This document shows, in pieces, positions 43,730 to 51,858 of a DNA stretch of 64,000 nt. Numbering within the stretch: the stretch's first letter is position 1; each line of letters begins with the position of its first letter. The notes below the pieces were generated by a model. It had not been told where the DNA came from. It did no database searches and was given only the letters and a program-made list of their open reading frames with translations. The stretch comes from Candidatus Versatilivorator sp. (GTDB taxonomy: Bacteria; Acidobacteriota; Terriglobia; Versatilivoradales; Versatilivoraceae), in assembly GCA_965207735.1 (NCBI GenBank), contig OZ242296.1, positions 1,792,001 through 1,856,000 of the forward strand, in the 5' to 3' direction. The translations under genes and the position numbers were made by a program.

Positions 43730-44608
43730 ATGACCTCGTTCCCTTTGCCTCAACCCGGTGCCGTCAGACCCGTCCGGGCGCACTCTCTCGAATACTACTC
43801 CGAAGGCCCGGTGATCGACCGGGAGGGCAACCTCTATATATCCCACGGGACTTCGATTTCCAGGGTGGCGCCCGGCGGCGAACCCGTCGTCTGGGCCACC
43901 TCCGGGGCTCCAAACGGCCACAAGATCCTGACCAATGGAGACCACTTGGTCTGCGACGCCACACAGCACGGCGTGCTGCGGTTCGATCCGGACGGACGGC
44001 CGCTGGGCCGGGCCGCCGGGGGGCGCTGCCAGGACCTGGAGATCGACGGCCCCAACGACATCTGCCTCCATCCCGGCGAGGGGTTCTACTTCACCGACTG
44101 TCTGCCCAAGAAGGGCGCCGTCATCTTCGTGGACCTGGAGGGAAGGCAAAACGTGGTGGCCCGGGACATGGACACGCCCAACGGCATCGTGCTGTCGGCC
44201 GACGCTCGAAGCCTGTTTGTCTCCGAAAGCCTCCCCAACCGAGTGACCCTGATTCCCCTGGCCGGGCCCGGCCGGGCCGCGGGACCTCCCCGGGTCTTCG
44301 CCGAACTTCCCCGCCATCCCGACGGCGAAGCGGACGGCAAGAACCTGCCGGACGGCATGGCCCTGGACCGGGACAAGCGTCTCTGGGTCGCCCACTACGG
44401 AATGGCGGCTGTGCAGGTGCTGTCCCCCGAGGGCCGGCTCTTGGCCAGTTACGACACCGGCATGCGCTGCACCAGCAACATCTGCTTTGCCGGCCCCGAC
44501 CTGGCCACGGCCTTTGTCACCGGGGGCGACGGGGAACCCCGCCCCGGTGGCCTGGTTCGTCTGGGCGTGGGCGTTCCGGGCTTGCCTATCCTGCCGACCG
44601 CCGAGTAG
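43730..44608 (+). CDS. SMP-30/gluconolactonase family
   Basis: SEGPV, GPND, PNGI, PDGMALD, SNICFAG. Confidence 0.9.
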   Translation: MTSFPLPQPGAVRPVRAHSLEYYSEGPVIDREGNLYISHGTSISRVAPGGEPVVWATSGAPNGHKILTNGDHLVCDATQHGVLRFDPDGRPLGRAAGGRCQDLEIDGPNDICLHPGEGFYFTDCLPKKGAVIFVDLEGRQNVVARDMDTPNGIVLSADARSLFVSESLPNRVTLIPLAGPGRAAGPPRVFAELPRHPDGEADGKNLPDGMALDRDKRLWVAHYGMAAVQVLSPEGRLLASYDTGMRCTSNICFAGPDLATAFVTGGDGEPRPGGLVRLGVGVPGLPILPTAE

Positions 44609-44614
44609 AGGAAT

Positions 44615-45151
44615 TCAGTCGAAACAACAATGACACAGGACATGCTGCGTCTCGTGAGCCAGCACACCGGCCAACTCCTCGGGAGACCCGCTCTGTCCCA
44701 CCAGCGCCGTGTGCACCACCACGAAGCCGCCCGGCGCCGCAAAGGCGTTGATGGAGCGGTCTCTCTTCAGAAAATAGCGAAAGCGGTAGCCATGGGGTGG
44801 AACGGCTTCCAGCAGGCGGTCGCCGATTCCTGTCAGGACCTGGGTGCAGACCGGGTCCCATTGGCGGTCCTCCGGTGAAACCAGCATGCCCACGGCCGAC
44901 CGGCCCAGCTGTTCTTCCCAGTAGACCGGAACTCGGCCGGCCATGGCCTCGGCCATCGCCGGAATCCCCCACAGGTAGAGGGCGGCGCCCAGGAGAGGGA
45001 GGCAAAGCGCGGCCAGCAGGGTGAGCTTGCGGCGGAGGGGGCGCCTGGCGGGATGGTGGAAGGCGGTTCGCTCGGGCGCAATGGCGTGGATAGCGGTCAG
45101 GAATTCGGCGTCGTCGACCAGCAGGGCCTCGGGAAGCGGTCCCCTTCCCAT
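44615..45151 (-). pseudogene. Truncated M48 metallopeptidase
   Basis: INAFAAPGG...ELAGVLAHETQH followed by a stop 8 codons later; C-terminal half missing. Confidence 0.75.
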
Positions 45152-45268
45152 TCTTGTCCCTGCCCCGGCGGGGTCGGACGAATGGGCATTGACAGATACC
45201 GAGGCGATGTTAGTCTGTTAAGCTCAGACGAAAATAACGATCTCGGAAAGGCAGGTCGCGGGGGCACG

Positions 45269-45703
45269 ATGCGAAAGGGATTTTCTCTAATCGAGTTGCT
45301 GATTGTGGTGGCGATTATCCTGATCATCGCAGCCATAGCGGTCCCCAACCTCCTCCGGGCGAGGCGCTCGGCAAACGAAGCCTCCGCCACCGCTTCCATG
45401 CGAACGATCGGTACCGGCCAGCTCATGTATCGCTCCACCCACGGCACCTTCACCAACCTGGCCGGTCTGGCGGCGGACGGTGTCGTTCCCGCCGATCTGG
45501 GATCGGGCACCAAGAGCGGTTACAAATTCGATTCCCAACCGGGTGAAAACCCGGCGCAGCAGTTCACCGTAACCGGGGTTCCCGAAATCCCCGACGGGGC
45601 CGCCGCCACCGGCACCCGAACCTTCTTTACCGATGAATCGCAGGTAATACGCTTTGCCATCGGGTCCGAGGCCAACGCTACCAGCAAACCGGTGGGAGAT
45701 TAA
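45269..45703 (+). CDS. Type IV pilin-like protein
   Basis: KGFSLIELLIVVAIILIIAAIAVPNL prepilin motif. Confidence 0.9.
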   Translation: MRKGFSLIELLIVVAIILIIAAIAVPNLLRARRSANEASATASMRTIGTGQLMYRSTHGTFTNLAGLAADGVVPADLGSGTKSGYKFDSQPGENPAQQFTVTGVPEIPDGAAATGTRTFFTDESQVIRFAIGSEANATSKPVGD

Positions 45704-45709
45704 AGGCTA

Positions 45710-45919
45710 GTGATTAGTGGATAGTGGATAGTAACTTGATCGATGCGTTTAAGCATGTTGTAGATCTCGGCGACGAGAATGACTACATCCCGGATTCACA
45801 TCGATGGACAGGATTTTTGTTGATAGTCTGGGATGGATGCTCCGGGATAAGAGTTTTCATCACCTTCCACTCTCCACTCTCCACTCTCCACTCCTCACTC
45901 TCCACTGGCCACTAATCAC
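45710..45919. repeat. Palindromic shell with heptamer-repeat arms
   Basis: GTGATTAGTGG / CCACTAATCAC ends; AGTGGAT and CTCCACT tandem repeats. Confidence 0.75.
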
Positions 45920-45989
45920 ACCCTGTATGCTCCGGCCCGTTGTATGGGGCGGAGGCGCTGCTGAGCAGGTACCGATACGGGATTGGTTG

Positions 45990-46357
45990 GGGCAGGTCTG
46001 TAAGCCGAATTCTGTTCCCTCGAAGAGGGCAGCGGTCATTCCTCTAGCCCGGGAGTTGCCTCCCGGATCCAGCATTCTACCCGGATGTCAAGCGGCGCGG
46101 GTCACGCCTCCATCCCTATTTGAACTTGCTCCATGTGGGGTTTGCCAAGCATGCCCGTTGCCGAGCACCCGGTGCGCTCTTACCACACCATTTCACCCTT
46201 ACCCCTTGCGGGGCGGTATATTTTCTGTTGCACTTTCCGTACCCATGGAGAACCTCCATGAGCCCCCCGCGTTACGGGGCACACTGCCCTGTGGAGTTCG
46301 GACTTTCCTCCCGCTCAATGCCTGAGCAATGAGCCGGCGACCGCTCACAACCTGCCC
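45990..46357 (-). ncRNA. rnpB: RNase P RNA (type A)
   Basis: Minus strand has GAGGAAAGTCCGAACTCC, AGTGCAACAGAAA, GGTAAGGGTGAAA, GGTAAGAGC, AAACCC, ACAGAATTCGGCTTA; P1 pairing GGGCAGG/CCTGCCC. Confidence 0.97.
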
Positions 46358-46397
46358 GACGGCATTTTAGCCCGCATTTCTCGCCAGGTCGCTTATT

Positions 46398-46582
46398 TGA
46401 AACAAAAGAAAAAAGAAAAAGAAAAAAAGAGTTGTCCACGAAGGGACACGAAGAACGACGAAGGGGCACTAAGGCGCTGAGGTTGACCGCGACGGGGTAT
46501 CGAGTTCGCGAAGGGATGGTCGATTTCTGATTGTTTCACTCTATGTATGATCCGCACACCAGGGCGGGGGCCCGGCTTGCCA
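46398..46582 (+). repeat. Single ~182-bp repeat unit upstream of rnpB
   Basis: Aligns with 10565-10746. Confidence 0.9.
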
Positions 46583-46632
46583 GAAATGCGGGCTTGGTCC
46601 GGACCGAGAGGGGCGTCAAGGCGCCGGCAGGA

Positions 46633-47477
46633 TCAACCGAGCCCGACAGCGGGCTGAGGCCGGAAAGGGGGACTGTCCCCGCTCCAGTCCAGCGGCAGCA
46701 GGGATTGTCGCCACAGTCCCGGCTCCAGCAATGGCCCTGCTGAAGGCGGCTTTCTTCCGAGCTGGTACCGGTCGCACAACTGGCGGATGAGATCGGAAAT
46801 CCGCTCGCGATAGATCTTCAGCCTGCCCTGTGGGAGCCCATAGAGGTCCCGGTATACCGGCACCAGCTCCGGAAATCGCTCCCGCAGAAAGGGCACCCAT
46901 ACTCGCTCGATGGAGGAGGTGACAAACAGGACCCTGGCAGCCAGATAACCCGCGCCCCGGCGCTTGACGCTGCGCACCAGTGCCTCCAGGTCGGCGGTGC
47001 CGTCGGTAATCCGAGGAAGCACCGGCATGACCAGCACCCCTGTGTTCAAGCCCGCCTGCGACAACGCCTTCAAGGCCAGCAGCCTCCGCCGGGGCGTGGC
47101 CGCCCGAGGTTCCAGGAGCCTGGCCAATTCGGAGGAGAGGGTGGTAAGAGTGATGTTGAGATGCACCTCGTTGCGGGAGGCGATCTCCCGCCACAACTTC
47201 AGGTCCCGCAGGACCAGGTCGGACTTGGTGGTCAGCGAAATGCGGAGTCCCCGCCATTCGGCCAGCCTCTCCAGCATCGCCCGTGTCAGCTTGAAGCGCC
47301 TCTCAGCCGGCTGATAGGGATCGGTGGCGGTGCCGATGGCAATGGGCCGGTCTCGCAGCCTGGCCGAAAGCAGGTCCTTTTCCAGGACGGCATCCCCCTT
47401 CCGCTTGGCGAAGATCTCGGACTCGAATTGGCCTGCATCCTCCCGGCCCATGTATTCGTGGGTATAGCGGGCATAAC
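46633..47477 (-). pseudogene. 3' part of a SplB/Rv2578c/PA0069-like radical SAM gene, cut at CxxxCxxC
   Basis: YARYTHEYM, IGTATDPYQPAE, TTKSDLVLRD, LLEPRA, MPVLPRITD; no Cys triad. Confidence 0.85.
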
Positions 47478-47497
47478 TGTCCCTTATAGATCTTATA

Positions 47498-47629
47498 CCG
47501 TCCATAGCCGTCCATAAACATCTTCTAAGACATGTTATTTCAAATATATATGTAGACTAACTGTCTAACGGCGTCCAATAGTACTGCTTGACATCCGAGG
47601 GCAACTCGGGGCAATATTGGGGGCAACTC
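47498..47629. promoter_or_regulatory. Candidate integrase arm-type sites
   Basis: CCGTCCATA x2 (47498-47516); GGGCAA x3 (47599, 47609, 47621). Confidence 0.45.
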
Positions 47630-47653
47630 AGGAGACACTACAGGCAACCCTAT

Positions 47654-48889
47654 ATGCCTCTCACCGATATTGCGATACGTCATGCCCGCCCCGGCACCAA
47701 ACCCAGGAAGATATTCGATGGGAGTGGACTGTATCTGGAAGTGGCCCCCAGTGGCGGTAGGTGGTGGCGGCTGAAGTACCGCTTCGCAGGCAAGGACAAA
47801 CGGATCTCCCTGGGCGTCTATCCCGACGTGTCGCTGAAAGAAGCCCGGCGGCGGCGTGATGAGGCCCGCCAGCTGTTGGCCAAGGCGATAGATCCGAGCG
47901 AACACCGTAAAACACAAAAAGCAGAGAGAGACCAACGCTCAAAGAATAGTTTCGAAGCCGTGGCCCGGGAATGGTTTGGCAAGTACTCCACAAACTGGGT
48001 CCCCGATCATGCGGGTCTGGTCCTCAAACGACTGGAGCGTGACATCTTCCCTTGGATCGGAGGCAAGCCAATTGCTGAGATCAATGCTCCTCAACTGCTG
48101 ATTGTCGTCCGCCGGATCGAACAACGTGGAGCCCTGGAAACTGCCCATCGGGCGCTTCGAAACTGTGGTCAGGTCTTTCGCTACGCCGTGGCTATCGGAT
48201 GTGCCGACCGCGACCCATCTGGAGATCTGCGAGACGCGTTGCCACCGGTCAAGAGAACACACTTTGCCGCCCTCACTAATCCGAAGCGGGTTGGCCCCTT
48301 GCTGAGAGTGCTGGACGCCTATGAAGGGTCACTCATCGTTCGTTGCGCTTTGCGGTTTGCACCACTGGTTTTCGTCCGGCCCGGCGAGCTCCGCCGAGCC
48401 GAATGGTCAGATATCGACCTGGAAGCGGCCGAATGGCGTTTCACCATCACCAAGACCAATACGCCGCATCTAGTTCCCTTATCCCGGCAAGCGGTAGAGA
48501 TTCTGCGCGAACTCTACCCGCTGACCGGACACGGGCGCTTTGTCTTCCCGAGTTCCCGCGCTCCGAGAGGGGACCGTCCCATGGGTACCAATACCTTTCT
48601 GTCCACCCTACGGTTCATGGGTATCGGAAAGGAGGAGATGACAGGCCACGGCTTCCGGGCCATGGCGAGAACCCTCCTGGATGAAGTGTTGGGCTATCGA
48701 CCCGACTATATCGAACACCAACTGGCCCATGTGGTGCGTGATCCTCTCGGTCGGGCCTACAATCGCACGGCTCACCTGCCGCAGAGGCGAGAGATGATGC
48801 AAGCGTGGGCCGACTATCTGGACCGGCTCAAATCCGGTGAGGTTGACACGCCGATCAGGACAACTGCCAGTCAAGGAACGTCACAGTAG
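47654..48889 (+). CDS. P4-type tyrosine integrase
   Basis: DGSGLYL/SLGVYP arm-binding domain; RPGE, HGFR, QLAH, AYNR catalytic motifs. Confidence 0.95.
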   Translation: MPLTDIAIRHARPGTKPRKIFDGSGLYLEVAPSGGRWWRLKYRFAGKDKRISLGVYPDVSLKEARRRRDEARQLLAKAIDPSEHRKTQKAERDQRSKNSFEAVAREWFGKYSTNWVPDHAGLVLKRLERDIFPWIGGKPIAEINAPQLLIVVRRIEQRGALETAHRALRNCGQVFRYAVAIGCADRDPSGDLRDALPPVKRTHFAALTNPKRVGPLLRVLDAYEGSLIVRCALRFAPLVFVRPGELRRAEWSDIDLEAAEWRFTITKTNTPHLVPLSRQAVEILRELYPLTGHGRFVFPSSRAPRGDRPMGTNTFLSTLRFMGIGKEEMTGHGFRAMARTLLDEVLGYRPDYIEHQLAHVVRDPLGRAYNRTAHLPQRREMMQAWADYLDRLKSGEVDTPIRTTASQGTSQ

Positions 48890-49388
48890 AGAGCAAGACC
48901 TGACAAGTCCCGAAAGAACCAAAGGCATCACCAAGTCCCCACTCAGCAAGCATCGGTTTGAGTCCAACGACGCGATGAGCAAGAGAGAACAGTTAGCACA
49001 GTCACGTGAACTCATCACCGCATAGTTCTTCCCCGAATAATTCTCGACGAGGGGCCATCCCACCAGTCTGCTAATCTCCCCATGCAATCCTCTTAGTCAC
49101 GCCTTAGTCACGCCAACGACTTCACATTCGCCTTCCAAGCTAAAACCGCCGGTGCAGCCTTCCGGGGGCCGAAACATCTCCGGGTCAACTGGTCGGACAC
49201 AATGCGCTTCCGTCCACCGACGCTTTGTCCATGGTGTTCATGCGGGAACAGAATCCGCAAACCAACCAGTTGACCTGCCTGGCCGTGCCGCCTGCAATCG
49301 TTCAGCGATGTTCCGGCATTCGATAATATACCGTTAAGTCTTCCAGGATCACACCGATACGGAACCAATCGTTCAAGAGGAGGGACTG

Positions 49389-51398
49389 ATGCCATCTCAT
49401 TACTCCCCCCGAAGTTTCTTCAGGCAGGCCCCAAGAGACCTGCTCGCCCGGTACTTCGAGAGCCGCGGTTTGTCCTTCAAGCCGGACTTGGCGACCGTCG
49501 CGGATACGCCTGGGGATCCGTTGTATGCGGCCTGGCTCCAATTTCCCGAGGAGCAGCGCAACGAGATGGAGCTCGATTTTCGGGAGATCTTCAAGATGAG
49601 TTGCCGAAAGGGCGTTCAGGCTATTCTCGATGCCACGCAATCGCGCCGGGTCGACACTCCCGAAAGCGCGGGTGCTTTCATCGAGTCCCTGTCGAGGATG
49701 CCGGATCACTTCCACCGCGCAATGGCGACCTGGCTGGACCACAGGGGATGCTGGAGAGAAGCCCACCGGTTTTATGGAGGTGATGCGCCCGGTTGGTGGC
49801 GAAAGCGCAAGAACATGGGACACCGGCCGGCGGCAACCGATCCGGCCAGCCTCCGGCGCCTTGCCGACCTGATCGGCGCCTGGTTTCACCGCAGCGAAGG
49901 ACGGGGCAGCCGCTGCGTGGTGGAATCCTTCCACCGGGATGGGCTGGACTTCTATTTCGCCTACCCTGAGGACTACTCCCGGTTGAAGATGGAGTGGACG
50001 GATGGGGAGTTCAGCCCGAGACGGAGCCGGCCGGTATTCGAGGTGGTCTTCGCCTACTCGCAACGGGAGGGTTCGGTGGACCTGAGCTTCCCGGGTCCCT
50101 GCCGCGCGGTAGAACCGCTGCAGCAGATGTTCGCCAAGGCGATTCTCGGACTGGGCCGCCTGGCATCCGATCCTGCCGGCGCGCCGGTCTACGACCTCGC
50201 TCCCCTGCTCAGAAAAGACTTCGATTTCGTGTACGGTTCCGGCAGCGGGGTCGAGTCGGTAATGGTGAGGAAGCTGGGATTGGCCTCGCGGGTGCTCAAG
50301 GATTTCCGGTTCACACTGGAGCCTGGCGAGGCTTGCCCCCCCGATGACATCCACGACTATCTGCAAATGGCCGGCGCATTCGATCCGTCTCTCCTCTACA
50401 GAGTTACCCAGGCAGAGCTGGTGGCTATTCTGTCCGCTGACGGAAAAACTCCGCGCGGCAGAGTTCCGATCCACCTGGCCGTTCCGGCTTCCTGTTCGCT
50501 CGGCTACGGCGATCGGGAACTGAAGCTGCGGGAAATGGTAAGGGCCTCGGGTCTTGAGCCGGAAGGGCTCGAACGGGATCGGGACAGGAGTCCGGAAACC
50601 GTGCTGATCGATCTGGGCGCCCGTTTGTGCATCTCCCCGAACCGCAATCTCAGGATCGATTCACGGGAACTGGCCCGCTGCGCCGGCAAGGCGGTCAAGG
50701 CCCTCAAAGCCCAGAATATCCTGCGAAAGGCCCGCCCCGCCCGCAGCGCGGTGTGTCCGGGCTGCGAGCGGCATTGCCGGATGCCCGTGCACAGAGAGTC
50801 AGGGCCAGCGCGTCAAGCGACCGGGATGAAGGGTCCGGCAGCTCCTTTCATCCTGTGCGACAAGCGCGGCGACATCAACCGGGTGCCCGTAGCGGCTGAC
50901 CGGTTGACCCACTGGCAGACCGATGCGGCCAGCCTGATCCGATTCATTGCCGGCGCCCTTTCGCTGAGCGGGAGCGGCCAACGGCCACAGGAGAGGAAAG
51001 AGTTGGAAGCCGGCATGGTTTGCGGGAGGAGCCGCGGCCGGGTGGTAGGCCTGAGGATGGAGGACGAGCTGAAGCTTGTGGCGGGTTCAAGCCGATTGCC
51101 ATTTTCCAAGGTCCTGCGTTTTCGCGAGGACCGCTACGGACTGGAGGAAATGCCCGTCCGCCGCTGGCTGGACGAGGCCACCGGGGACGAGGCTCCCTAC
51201 AGCGCGAGCCGGGTCAGGTACGAGTCAAGAAAGCTCGACACCCGCAAGAAGGACCTGGCTCTTCAGAAGGCCTACCGGTCGCTGAAGCGGGAGAGGCCGG
51301 GCAGGCCTGACATCTGGTACGCGCGGCAGATCGCCAGGAGCGGGCTCGGCGGCGGACTCAGCCCGGAAACCATCCGCAAGCGGATGAAAAAAAAGTGA
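49389..51398 (+). CDS. Island hypothetical protein with Cys cluster and C-terminal HTH-like region
   Basis: 669-aa ORF with RBS; CPGCERHC...CDK; WYARQIA...SPETIRK. Confidence 0.7.
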   Translation: MPSHYSPRSFFRQAPRDLLARYFESRGLSFKPDLATVADTPGDPLYAAWLQFPEEQRNEMELDFREIFKMSCRKGVQAILDATQSRRVDTPESAGAFIESLSRMPDHFHRAMATWLDHRGCWREAHRFYGGDAPGWWRKRKNMGHRPAATDPASLRRLADLIGAWFHRSEGRGSRCVVESFHRDGLDFYFAYPEDYSRLKMEWTDGEFSPRRSRPVFEVVFAYSQREGSVDLSFPGPCRAVEPLQQMFAKAILGLGRLASDPAGAPVYDLAPLLRKDFDFVYGSGSGVESVMVRKLGLASRVLKDFRFTLEPGEACPPDDIHDYLQMAGAFDPSLLYRVTQAELVAILSADGKTPRGRVPIHLAVPASCSLGYGDRELKLREMVRASGLEPEGLERDRDRSPETVLIDLGARLCISPNRNLRIDSRELARCAGKAVKALKAQNILRKARPARSAVCPGCERHCRMPVHRESGPARQATGMKGPAAPFILCDKRGDINRVPVAADRLTHWQTDAASLIRFIAGALSLSGSGQRPQERKELEAGMVCGRSRGRVVGLRMEDELKLVAGSSRLPFSKVLRFREDRYGLEEMPVRRWLDEATGDEAPYSASRVRYESRKLDTRKKDLALQKAYRSLKRERPGRPDIWYARQIARSGLGGGLSPETIRKRMKKK

Positions 51399-51615
51399 AA
51401 AACGACGCAAAAAAGTTGGGCAAGTTCAAATCGTTTTTCTTTACCCACCCTAACTGACTCATTCCTATGGACTTATCCGAGTCCCTCGCCGCGGGCGGCA
51501 AGCCCGCGTTCCAAATCCGAATTTTCTAAACTGCTGATTATATTGCACTTGCAGGTTTCGGTCCTCCCAATTTCCGTTCTGTACTTGCCCAACTCGGGCG
51601 TTTAGCCTCGGATTC

Positions 51616-51858
51616 ATGAACGAGATCGAATCCGGCAGGGCATTGACACCGAGAATCCTGAGGCTCCCGCTGGTCCGCGAACGCACCGGACTGTCCCGCA
51701 GCAGCATCTATATGCGCATTTCCGAGGGGCGTTTCCCCAAGCCCATCTCCCTGGGGGAGCGGGCCGTCGGCTGGCTGGAGTCCGAGATCACCGAGTGGGT
51801 GAACCGGAGGATCGAGGCCAGCCGGCAGGCAGGGCCTCGAGAGGACGGTTCCAGATGA
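51616..51858 (+). CDS. alpA: AlpA-family regulator/excisionase
   Basis: RTGLSRSSIY...GRFPKPISLGERAVGWLESEI. Confidence 0.92.
   Translation: MNEIESGRALTPRILRLPLVRERTGLSRSSIYMRISEGRFPKPISLGERAVGWLESEITEWVNRRIEASRQAGPREDGSR

Noticed and set aside
47466-47493. dif/Xer site
   Set aside because: Only the GCATAA half resembles the XerC arm; there is no TTATGTTAAAT arm
47478-47505. Intact 290-aa radical SAM protein starting at 47505
   Set aside because: The leader lacks all three cluster cysteines and derives from the element end
45990-47653. rnpB or a tRNA as the integrase target
   Set aside because: rnpB is intact and more than 1 kb away, and no tRNA is seen; the interrupted radical SAM gene explains the boundary
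48881-49395. Short ORFs after the integrase
   Set aside because: No recognisable motifs or RBS; cannot be supported
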